DNA from: Alphaproteobacteria bacterium
GTDB lineage: Bacteria > Pseudomonadota > Alphaproteobacteria > GCA-2746255
Assembly (NCBI GenBank): GCA_965249135.1
Contig: OZ252220.1
Span: 1,056,001-1,120,000, forward strand
DNA length: 64,000 nt
Direction of reading: 5' to 3'
Shown here: one piece after another, positions 1-7,582 of the stretch
Layout of the letters: each line of letters starts with the position of its first letter
Numbering within the stretch: position 1 is the stretch's first letter
Made by a program: the position numbers and the translations under genes
Notes under the pieces: model-generated
Databases searched by the model: none
What the model saw: only the letters and a program-made list of their open reading frames with translations
What the model was told of the DNA's origin: nothing

Positions 1-5
1 CCATC

Positions 6-230
6 ATGCTTCAGTTCGAGCGCATCCGGCAGATATATGGCGGGTTCGATTTCCGCGTCGCCAACCAGGGCATGGAGTTCATCTACGGCGTCCTGCAGGT
101 GGCCGGGAAGGACCGATGGGAGGATCTGATGGGCGCGGCCATCCGCGTCGATTGCGATCCGGAACGGATTTATCGGATCGGCCACATCACCGAGGACGTC
201 TGGTTCGAGATGAAGGGGGAGGGGGAATGA
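6..230 (+). CDS. phage hypothetical protein (probably begins before the window)
   Basis: ORF with ATGA overlap to the next gene; part of a tightly packed run of small ORFs upstream of the integrase. Confidence 0.5.
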   Translation: MLQFERIRQIYGGFDFRVANQGMEFIYGVLQVAGKDRWEDLMGAAIRVDCDPERIYRIGHITEDVWFEMKGEGE

Positions 231-406
231 CCGTCATCCTCACCGAAGAAGAACTGAAAGGAATCGAGGCGAGGCACGAAAAAGCTGGCTGGGAAGCTGG
301 TGCGTATGTTGGCATGGCGAAGAAGGACATCGCGGCACTGGTCGCCAGCTGCCGGGAACTGCGGGAACTGGTTTTAAGGATGATGGACGGAAGAGGGCCG
401 AGATGA
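227..406 (+). CDS. phage hypothetical protein
   Basis: ATG at 227 after GGAGGGGG; MTVILTEEELKGIEAR; ATGA overlaps at both ends. Confidence 0.55.
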   Translation: MTVILTEEELKGIEARHEKAGWEAGAYVGMAKKDIAALVASCRELRELVLRMMDGRGPR

Positions 407-642
407 ACTGCCTTTGGTGCGAAACCCCGTTCGAAGCGAAGACCCAGGGCGGCAGGGAGAAGCGGTTCTGCTCTGACCAGTGCCGCTATGCCTTCCGCGC
501 CTCCTCCCTCCAGTTCACGATTAAGCTGATTGATCGCGCGCTAGTCTCTGCTAAGGACGTTCGCACCCAGAATACCTCTAATCTAACGGTCCGTTACCGT
601 GGAGGTCCCAAATCGGCCTCCCAGACAGATGAGGCAGCCTGA
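403..642 (+). CDS. small Cys-rich (zinc-finger-like) phage protein
   Basis: CxxC...FCSxxC pattern; coupled to neighbouring ORFs. Confidence 0.55.
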   Translation: MNCLWCETPFEAKTQGGREKRFCSDQCRYAFRASSLQFTIKLIDRALVSAKDVRTQNTSNLTVRYRGGPKSASQTDEAA

Positions 643-1061
643 TGGGAGAAGCCGCCCAGAACGCCCCAGAATTGCTGACACCGATTGAGGTGGCGGATCG
701 GCTGCGCCTTGATCTTAGGGGTGAGCCAGATGAAAGGGAGCGGAAGATCAAGGACTTGATACGAGGGTTGACGGCTCGCAACCCTGGCGTCGTATTCTAT
801 AGGAAAATTGGCAAAGAATGGCGGTTCACTGAGGAAGACTATAACCGAATAGTGGAGGCTTCGGCATGGCACTCAAACTGTTCCAAAGACGGTCCAGCAG
901 AAACTGGCAAATCCGGGGAACTATCCGTGGGCAATATGTCTGTCAAAGTACGGGGACGCCAGACAAGAGGAAGGCCGAAGAAGTCCGCGTCCTCGCAGAA
1001 TCAAAGCTCTGGAACCGTAGTATCTATGGGGAAAGAGCGGTCGCAACCTTCCGACAAATAG
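642..1061 (+). CDS. excisionase-like HTH protein
   Basis: LLTPIEVADRL...IGKEWRFTEED MerR/Xis-type HTH directly upstream of and overlapping the integrase. Confidence 0.65.
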   Translation: MGEAAQNAPELLTPIEVADRLRLDLRGEPDERERKIKDLIRGLTARNPGVVFYRKIGKEWRFTEEDYNRIVEASAWHSNCSKDGPAETGKSGELSVGNMSVKVRGRQTRGRPKKSASSQNQSSGTVVSMGKERSQPSDK

Positions 1062-1855
1062 CCACCGAATACATCGACAGCCACCCACGCGAAGCCAATA
1101 TCGTTAATCGCCTCATCGGCCATTTTAATGCTGAGGAAATTGGCAAGATTGGGCAAAGCCAAATCGACAAAGCCGCCAAAGCCCTCTGCCCAAAGCACAG
1201 CAACGAAACCGTCAACCGCCATATCTATACGCCGATGGCAGCTATCCTCCATCGCGCGGCCGAGGCTGGGTTTTGCGACTGTATCCGGGTGCGTCGGCCA
1301 AAGCTGAAAACGCCAAAAAACAGGGCACTATCTTCCGCCGACATGGAGACCGTCATCAGTGCCTTCAAAGGGGAGCAGCGGGCATTTCTGATTTTTCTCT
1401 ACTACACACGAGCCCGGGTCACGGAGGCACTTAACCTGAAATGGGAATCGGTGGATCTGAAGCGGAAGCATCTCGTTCTATATCAAGGAAAGACGGACAA
1501 CTATCGTGGGGTTCATCTTCACGAAAGGCTCTTCTTGGAACTAGCCAATCTTGAAAAGAACGAGGGGGATTTTGTGTTCCCCTGGCGCACTCGATCTGGT
1601 GTCTATAAATGGCTTCGACCAGTGATCAAGGAGTTAGGGATCGACTTCACGCCCCATGTCGCCTGCCATTCCTTTGCTACGCGTTTGCGCGAACAGGGGC
1701 ATGATCTAAGAAAGATCCAAGAAGCTGGCGGCTGGAAGAGCTATCAAAGCGTGTTGCGCTATGCGTCGGTAAGTTCGAGCGAGATCAAAGACGCGATCGA
1801 TGGCCTTCCTTCTGGTTCAAAAAATCGGCAAGCCAACAAAATCCTCAAAAACTGA
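866..1855 (+). CDS. phage tyrosine integrase, probably inactive
   Basis: Box I YTRARVTEAL, box II PHVACHSFAT (HxxR changed to HxxC), GGW, RYA catalytic Tyr; N-terminal arm-binding-like region. Confidence 0.9.
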   Translation: MALKLFQRRSSRNWQIRGTIRGQYVCQSTGTPDKRKAEEVRVLAESKLWNRSIYGERAVATFRQIATEYIDSHPREANIVNRLIGHFNAEEIGKIGQSQIDKAAKALCPKHSNETVNRHIYTPMAAILHRAAEAGFCDCIRVRRPKLKTPKNRALSSADMETVISAFKGEQRAFLIFLYYTRARVTEALNLKWESVDLKRKHLVLYQGKTDNYRGVHLHERLFLELANLEKNEGDFVFPWRTRSGVYKWLRPVIKELGIDFTPHVACHSFATRLREQGHDLRKIQEAGGWKSYQSVLRYASVSSSEIKDAIDGLPSGSKNRQANKILKN

Positions 1856-2049
1856 AAAAAGCTTTTTCTCAACTTTTTTTTGCCAACGAATTCAACAATT
1901 AATTTTTTGGCTTAAGGAAACATCAATGACTTAGGCCGTATCCTAAAAGCGCGCATGGTAAAATAGTGTTTGGTGCAGCGCCATTATATTCAACGGCGCT
2001 TGTGAGTCACGCACTGGCTCTCTGTTAACCTCTAGGTCGCTTTGTTACC

Positions 2050-2192
2050 GCTTCGACCAGCCAGGGCAAGTGCCCTATGGACGGCCCGGATCTGCGCCCG
2101 GCTCAAGGTCCAGGCCCGATGTGTTGCCCGGTGGACCCCTTGGTGTGCCAGCTCCCTCAGCGGCGATCACCTAGAGATCGCAAGGCAGCGTA
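2050..2192. repeat. 143-bp dispersed repeat, copy 1 (copy 2 at 10128-10270)
   Basis: Direct comparison by eye: 2 mismatches. Confidence 0.9.
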
Positions 2193-2225
2193 CGGCAATA
2201 GCAAAAAAGCACTGCCGTAAAGAAA

Positions 2226-2534
2226 GGGGATTATATACGATTTTAGCCAAATACTGTCTAACTAATTGATATAACGAGATATTATGTCTCTTGACATTAC
2301 GCCGTCGTAACCCTATATTTCTAGCCATGGGGAGACAGAACATGGCGAAGCGCAACAAACCCGAGATCATGAGCACCTGGGACTTCATGGCGCGGTTCCC
2401 GACGGACAAGGATGCGCCCCACCTGCGGCAGCGGCGCCGCGATGGATATAGCCATCGATGAGAAGGCGGGCAGCACCTGTCGCCGTCGTGATGCAACTCA
2501 CCATCTGACCTGTGACATCCCGTATATAAGTCCC
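2226..2534 (+). mobile_element. internally deleted IS1595-family element (MITE-like)
   Basis: Ends GGGGATTATATACG / CGTATATAAGTCCC; ATG at 2342 gives MAKRNKPEIMSTWDFMARFPTDKDA, resembling an IS1595 transposase N-terminus, then truncated. Confidence 0.75.
2291..2319 (+). promoter_or_regulatory. sigma70-type promoter
   Basis: TTGACA-N17-TATATT upstream of GGGGAG and ATG at 2342. Confidence 0.6.
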
Positions 2535-2654
2535 GAAAATTGCGGTTGCATAACCACTGGCCCGCTCAAGGAAACTTGGGCGGGCTACTCTTTGGCACAA
2601 AATCAACACATAAAAACAAAAAGGCCAATTGAAACAACGCCAGACTTGGTGCGA

Positions 2655-2705
2655 ACGTCCTTGGTAAGGGTGAGGTCGAGTGTTCGATCCACTCCGGCGG
2701 CACCA
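2655..2705 (+). pseudogene. 3' half of tRNA-Thr(GGT); att-site core
   Basis: CCTTGGTAAGGGTGAGGTCGAGTGTTCGATCCACTCCGGCGGCACCA: anticodon arm, T arm and CCA present, no D arm or 5' acceptor strand. Confidence 0.8.
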
Positions 2706-2828
2706 CGAAACCCCTTGAAAATAAAGACTTGTAAAAATGTAGCGTCAAAACTAGTTACAGTTATTGACGGAACTTTACGAGAACTAACGTGCAATTACGA
2801 TAAAATACGTGCAAAATCCGCGCACGCC

Positions 2829-2843
2829 GTTCTTGATGTGTTC
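2829..2843 (+). promoter_or_regulatory. alphaproteobacterial LexA (SOS) box
   Basis: GTTC-TTGATGT-GTTC (GTTC-N7-GTTC) upstream of GGGAGG and ATG at 2859. Confidence 0.6.
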
Positions 2844-2985
2844 CCTAGGGAGGTTTCTTATGACAGCGAAAGACACATCATATCTGGAATTGCTGGAAGG
2901 GTTGGATCCACCGCACTAAGCGCGGCCTACTCAATGCCTGGTATCATCATCAAGAACGGCAAGCCAATTCTGGCTTAAGGGAGTC

Positions 2986-3000
2986 AAGTATATAATTCCC
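2986..3000 (-). mobile_element. isolated IS1595-type terminal inverted repeat
   Basis: AAGTATATAATTCCC, identical to the ends at 5890, 49486, 49841 and 50196. Confidence 0.7.
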
Positions 3001-3041
3001 CAAGCAAACACCAGTGGCCGTCATCGCCACATTTTATCCAT

Positions 3042-3401
3042 TTAACTGTCAGCATCATTCGATTCCTTCATTCCCGTAGTTGACGGCTGCCCCTTCTCGC
3101 CGTCCCGATAGACAAGCTCAAAGCTGTTTTCCAGAATACCGAGCCAGAGCTCGCGTTCGGACTTCGGCCATGTGTCGCCGGACTTGGGGAGCCGATTAAT
3201 AATCCCCCGAATAATGAGGTCTAAACTGAGCTCATTGCCATCCCTGTCGCTCGCATCCGCACCATTGCTAACGTAGCTGGGCACATAGGAGTCGTACCCA
3301 GGTATAGTCAGTTGGCGACCTGAAGTTGTGTCACCACTTTGGATGCCCTTCGGGAATGTTTCAAGCTCTTCCACAGACGCGCCGGTTTTCCGAGCAGCCA
3401 T
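3042..3401 (-). CDS. hypothetical protein, probably a fusion of fragments
   Basis: GGAGGG RBS; C-terminus LIIRGIINRLPKSGDTWP...WL looks protein-like, N-terminal part heterogeneous. Confidence 0.45.
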   Translation of the reverse strand: MAARKTGASVEELETFPKGIQSGDTTSGRQLTIPGYDSYVPSYVSNGADASDRDGNELSLDLIIRGIINRLPKSGDTWPKSERELWLGILENSFELVYRDGEKGQPSTTGMKESNDADS

Positions 3402-3502
3402 TGGTCCCTCCCTAGCTTCCGTTTCTCGTTTTCGGCGAGTGTTCCATATAACAAGACTTTCCTGTTAACTTTTCGTTAATTAGGGGTATGGGTAGTGCCC
3501 CC

Positions 3503-3661
3503 TGCATCTGCAACAGAAAAGGTGTCATTTAAGTCACGATTTCGCCACATCTCTGGCAGTTTAGCGGTGGCTCTTTCCCGGCGCTTTCTTGCTCATGATC
3601 CGTCCTCTTGTAATGTGACTCTGCTGTAAAGGAACGGCCCAGTAATGCCAACGCCAAAATG
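3503..3661 (-). pseudogene. IS1595 transposase 5' remnant (MSKKAPGKSHR)
   Basis: 3503-3613 nearly identical to the interior of the 347-bp units; minus strand encodes MSKKAPGKSHR then stop; 3644-3661 matches the subterminal sequence at 48048-48065. Confidence 0.6.
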
Positions 3662-3729
3662 CGGTATTAGGTAGCAAACGCACCTAAAATCCCCTCAAAT
3701 CTTCTCGTGGGATTTCATATGCTTAGGGC

Positions 3730-4164
3730 ATGGCCGAGCCGCACGTTGCCACCGCCCTGATCCGCAAGCGCGGGGAGATCGCCGGGCAAATCGAACACGC
3801 TCAAACGGTCCTCCGGCAACTCATCATCGACTTGGACAACCTAGACGCCACGTTGCGCCTATTCGTCCCTGACATCGAATTGGAGGACATCAAGCCAAGG
3901 CCCTTCCCGCCTCGTCACGCGGCCTTCAAGGGTGAGGTAACGCGGATCGTGTTTGAAACCCTCAGGCAGGCCAATGAGCCGATGATGGCCCAGCAAATCG
4001 CTCAACGGGTCATGGCCGAGAGGGGGCTGAATGCTGCCGATAAACGGCTGGTTAGGCTGATTGGGAAGCGGGCCGGGGCCTGTCTAAGGCATTGGCGTAA
4101 TAAGGGACTGCTCAAGTCGAATGCGGGCATCGGACGGCGTATCGTTTGGGAGATTGCGGGTTAG
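3730..4164 (+). CDS. hypothetical coiled-coil/wHTH protein of the type often found next to IS1595 transposases
   Basis: MAEPHVATALIRKRGEIAGQI...LDATLRLF; intact 144-aa ORF; association recalled, not searched. Confidence 0.7.
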   Translation: MAEPHVATALIRKRGEIAGQIEHAQTVLRQLIIDLDNLDATLRLFVPDIELEDIKPRPFPPRHAAFKGEVTRIVFETLRQANEPMMAQQIAQRVMAERGLNAADKRLVRLIGKRAGACLRHWRNKGLLKSNAGIGRRIVWEIAG

Positions 4165-4293
4165 TCGCTTTCCTTTTTCACCACTGACAGATTTGCCTTG
4201 TTGTCCTCTATGCGCTTCTTTCGGGCTGCCTCGTATCGCTTGCGAACCTCCGGTTCGTCATCAAGACATCTGGCGATGTATTCTTCAACCGCC

Positions 4294-4806
4294 TCACGGA
4301 TTTGTATTTATGGCCTCTTTCCAATGATCATCCAACTGGAATTGAGTCGCTGTCATTGCGGATTCATCAACCAGGTCAAGCTCTTCAAGGGTTTCAAGTA
4401 TTAGGTCGCGCAGTAACTCTAACTCTTCGTCTGTTGCAAGACATGCAAAGAAAATAATTCGCAGAAGCTTTTCCGCATCACCGGGAATTTCGCACTGGCC
4501 TTTTTCCCAACGCGCAATTGATTGCGGATTGTTACCTAGACGTTCGGCCAATGCGCTTTGTGTAAGGTCTAAAGTATTCCGCAGAAATTTGACATCCTTA
4601 CCTGTTAAACCTTTTCGCTTTGAAACAATGTGACGTCCAATCGCCATATGGAGTTCATCTACATTGCGGACAAAGACGTGGCGTTCCCCTTCATGCTTCT
4701 TAACATCATACCCATTCAGCAAATAGATGCCGTCCAGACCACACGCTTTGTAATGGTATGGCTCACTGCGGACTTCTTCCCCTATTCTGAAAAAATGATC
4801 GCTCAT
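4294..4806 (-). CDS. XRE-family HTH protein (MqsA/HigA-like antitoxin)
   Basis: YHYKACGLDGIYLLNGY N-terminus; LTQSALAERLG...SIARWEKG HTH; ATG at 4806 overlaps the stop of a truncated upstream gene. Confidence 0.75.
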   Translation of the reverse strand: MSDHFFRIGEEVRSEPYHYKACGLDGIYLLNGYDVKKHEGERHVFVRNVDELHMAIGRHIVSKRKGLTGKDVKFLRNTLDLTQSALAERLGNNPQSIARWEKGQCEIPGDAEKLLRIIFFACLATDEELELLRDLILETLEELDLVDESAMTATQFQLDDHWKEAINTNP

Positions 4807-4836
4807 GAGTCTTCCCATTCCACTGTCTTAATATAA

Positions 4837-5106
4837 GGGGATTATATACGAAAGTCACATTTTACCGGTAAAGAGGATGGCCGGTGCATCTGCAACAGAA
4901 AAGGTGTCATTTAAGTCACGATTTCGCCACATCTCTGGCAGTTCAGCGGTGGCTCTTTCCCGGTGCTTTCTTGCTCATGATCCCGGGGGATTTGTGCTTG
5001 CTCATGGATAGAAATATGGGGATATGACACGCCAATGTTAATCCATAAAATAGTAAGCAATATCAGCTATATAATACTGATACGGCTAGGATTGTATATA
5101 AGTCCC
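4837..5106. mobile_element. 270-bp IS1595-derived MITE
   Basis: GGGGATTATATACGAAAGTCACATTTT ... GTATATAAGTCCC; first ~147 bp shared with the units at 49140-50196. Confidence 0.8.
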
Positions 5107-5122
5107 AAAAATTGAGGCCATG

Positions 5123-5150
5123 AAAAAAGGCCGGGGTTACAGCCCCGGCC
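5123..5150 (-). terminator. intrinsic terminator
   Basis: GGCCGGGG-N6-CCCCGGCC hairpin with adjacent A6 (U-tract on minus strand). Confidence 0.55.
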
Positions 5151-5266
5151 CATGGTCCCCGCTTCAACTAGAAGGCCGCTGCGGGGCAAAGTGAATTTTC
5201 AAGGTGGAGTATTTCCCCCCTGAATCACGAAGTCAAGCGGCCTTCGATTAAACGACGGAGGCCATA

Positions 5267-5593
5267 ATGGCTGACACACCTACAATCGACTGGGCCGGAA
5301 AATCTGGCAAAACATATCGGCATTGGATTTTCCCGCTTCCTCCGAATTTCAAGGCGGAGGAAGGTAACTACGTTTTTGCCAAAGAAACCGCGCCGAATAA
5401 CGGAAAGTGGTTGCCAATCTACATTGGGCAGACGGAAAACCTTAACGAGCGCTTCGACGACCATCATGCAATGCCTTGCATAAAACGAAACGGGGCTACG
5501 CATATTCACGCACACGCGAATAAATCAAAACAGACGCGTCTCGATGAAGAGGCCGGCCTGATAGCCGAATGGAACCCGCCATGTAACGGTTAA
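5267..5593 (+). CDS. GIY-YIG-like nuclease domain protein
   Basis: GNYVF...PIYIGQTENLNERF..H, distal E; GGAGG RBS. Confidence 0.7.
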   Translation: MADTPTIDWAGKSGKTYRHWIFPLPPNFKAEEGNYVFAKETAPNNGKWLPIYIGQTENLNERFDDHHAMPCIKRNGATHIHAHANKSKQTRLDEEAGLIAEWNPPCNG

Positions 5594-5781
5594 CGGGTTT
5601 TAGGCCGTTGGGGGTTTTCCGAATCTGAAAAATCGTTTTGGGAAACCCCCATCTGGTCCCTCACGCTCGCTGTCTTATGTAGTTTCGGCGGCGTATTCAG
5701 CATCCGCTTGGCGAGCGCATCCCGGCGTTTCGCCGTCTCTTTTTCGGTCAATTCGTCTTGATTTTTTGAGGACTTAGCCAT
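5590..5781 (-). CDS. small basic protein of the kind found downstream of IS1595 transposases
   Basis: ETAKRRDALAKRMLNTPPKLH; lies 110 bp inside the end at 5890 where a transposase would be expected. Confidence 0.5.
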   Translation of the reverse strand: MAKSSKNQDELTEKETAKRRDALAKRMLNTPPKLHKTASVRDQMGVSQNDFSDSENPQRPKTR

Positions 5782-5798
5782 GTCTGATTACCAGTTCA

Positions 5799-5890
5799 TT
5801 TGCTTCGCCATAATCGCATCATGGTGCTGATGTACATCAATGTACATTGATGCGCTTGCTGCCTAATGGGGAGTTAAGTATATAATTCCC
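5799..5890 (-). mobile_element. IS1595-type end segment with 18-bp palindrome
   Basis: Nearly identical to the last ~92 bp of the 347-bp units; ends in AAGTATATAATTCCC. Confidence 0.75.
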
Positions 5891-6168
5891 AAATCAAAGA
5901 CACCCATGTTGTCAGACGCCAAAATGCGAAGACGCACTTGCGGACGGACCGCGATGGCAGGAAAAGCAACAACCTCGATTACATGGCTGGCGGCGGCTAA
6001 AGCCAGTAGGTGAAGCGCGGCTTCATAACGCGTTCATTCCTGTAATCGTCGAGATTCCGGTACAGGTTGGCCGTTATGGAGCCGTCTTCATCGTCCCGGA
6101 ATATTTCGCTCGCGATATAAATTTTATCGTCCAAGACGACGAGATAATCATAGTTTCTCAGCATCATC
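5891..6168. repeat. 278-bp dispersed repeat, copy 1 (copy 2 at 50534-50811); 3' fragment of an unknown gene
   Basis: One mismatch seen; both copies encode MMLRNYDYLVVLDD...PRFTYWL on the minus strand. Confidence 0.9.
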
Positions 6169-6186
6169 GCGGTGCTTCGTTTGCGC

Positions 6187-6708
6187 TTAGGCTTTTTTTG
6201 CGGCTTCGGTGAGGGCATCGGTTTTTTGCTTCGAGCCGGCCGAAGATCCGAAATAGTAGCCGACCACGTCCTTGACCATCCAGCCAAGCGCGCCAAGCAA
6301 GACCAAGAACGGCTTCTCTACTCCGGCAGGCAGCGGAATGAATACCAAAGTGAACATGATCCCGAAGAAGCCGGCGATGATCATCGTCCCCATGGCGGCC
6401 GGCGTCCGGTCCTTGACTTTTATTTCACGCCTGCGGGCGCTGTCGCGGTCCTTCATGGCAATCTCTTCGAGCTTGACGCCGGCGTTCTTCATCTCGATGG
6501 CAAACTTGTGATCGGCCTCTCGGATCTTGAGCGCGATCTCCGGGCCGCCGCTCTGGATGGCTGCCGCAAGATCATCCTCGCTTGCGTTCTCATCGCCGAG
6601 GAGTTCCCTGGCCAAGGTCTTGACCGCCATACCAGCAAGCGGGCCTCCGAAGACTGTAGCGATACCTGGCGCGATTTCGCCAACAATCGACTTCCAATCG
6701 AAATCCAT
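6187..6708 (-). CDS. holin-like membrane protein
   Basis: APGIATVFGGPLAG, DRDSARRRE, two TM helices, YYFGSSAGS; next to lysozyme. Confidence 0.75.
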   Translation of the reverse strand: MDFDWKSIVGEIAPGIATVFGGPLAGMAVKTLARELLGDENASEDDLAAAIQSGGPEIALKIREADHKFAIEMKNAGVKLEEIAMKDRDSARRREIKVKDRTPAAMGTMIIAGFFGIMFTLVFIPLPAGVEKPFLVLLGALGWMVKDVVGYYFGSSAGSKQKTDALTEAAKKA

Positions 6709-6711
6709 TTC

Positions 6712-7122
6712 CTAACCCTCCAGGATTAGGCCGGCGGCGCGCGTGGCGCGTTCGCCGACCTGTACGGCCCAGCGGCTGTTAAGCGCCTCCGCCGCTGCGT
6801 CTTCGAAATCTCCCAGCTCCATGGCGCCAAGCATCTTCTTGAACTGAGACAAGCGGGGCCAGCCAAGGTTGAGGCACATGTTCCTGAGCGCCCGCTGCCG
6901 CGGTTCGCTCATTTTCGTCCACCAGGGGACGTTCCCGTTCAGGTTGCGCCGTACTTCTTCGAGATCGTTCCCGAGCAAGACCAGCGCTTCTGCTTCGGTG
7001 ATCCCCCTGTCGTCCAGGTTCCTGCCGATGCCGATGGTGAGCTTGCCGGCCGTGTCCCGGTAAGGATGCAGCCGAAGCCCTTCGTCACGGATGAGGTCTT
7101 TGACGATTTCTTCCATCGTCAA
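6712..7122 (-). CDS. phage lysozyme (GH24-like endolysin)
   Basis: DEGLRLHPYRDTAGKLTIGIGRNL; AAAEALNSRWAVQVGERA. Confidence 0.9.
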   Translation of the reverse strand: MTMEEIVKDLIRDEGLRLHPYRDTAGKLTIGIGRNLDDRGITEAEALVLLGNDLEEVRRNLNGNVPWWTKMSEPRQRALRNMCLNLGWPRLSQFKKMLGAMELGDFEDAAAEALNSRWAVQVGERATRAAGLILEG

Positions 7123-7406
7123 AACCCCTTAAGCATCGCTGCCATGACCGGGTGGAGGAGCGGGACAAGATGGGTAGTTCCCATATCCAGCATCAAGACC
7201 ACCAGGATCCCGTAGACGGCGGCTTTAAGTGATCTGTTGGATTTTGAGTTGTCCGCCAACGTGGCGAAGATCGAGCGCAGGATGAGAACCAAGGCGTTAT
7301 AGCGATCCGTGCAGCGGGACGCATGCAGCGCAGGGTCGTCTATCTCGCGCGGGTCGAACTTGAGCGCCTCAAAATAATCGGCCTCACTGTGGTCATGGGG
7401 CGCCAT
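7119..7406 (-). CDS. phage membrane protein upstream of the endolysin
   Basis: ATG at 7406 after GGAGGG; C-terminal hydrophobic helix. Confidence 0.55.
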   Translation of the reverse strand: MAPHDHSEADYFEALKFDPREIDDPALHASRCTDRYNALVLILRSIFATLADNSKSNRSLKAAVYGILVVLMLDMGTTHLVPLLHPVMAAMLKGF

Positions 7407-7582
7407 GGGTTCACGGCCCTCCTGGGGTGCGTTGAGACCAGCGTTCCTTAAGCCTTTGGCCATAATCACGTCTCATCCTTTTCTCAGCCATTGCGCGCCT
7501 CCTTGGGGTGTGTAGTGGTTAGGCCCTGGTCCTTGTTCACGCAGGGACCGGGGCTGCCGGCGTAATTGCTTCATGGAACATC

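Noticed and set aside
2655-2705. Functional tRNA-Thr gene
   Set aside because: No D arm or 5' acceptor strand upstream
2218-5898. Target-site duplications around the left-island elements
   Set aside because: Flanking 8-mers are A-rich but no pair matches, so mobility of these cassettes as units is not demonstrated
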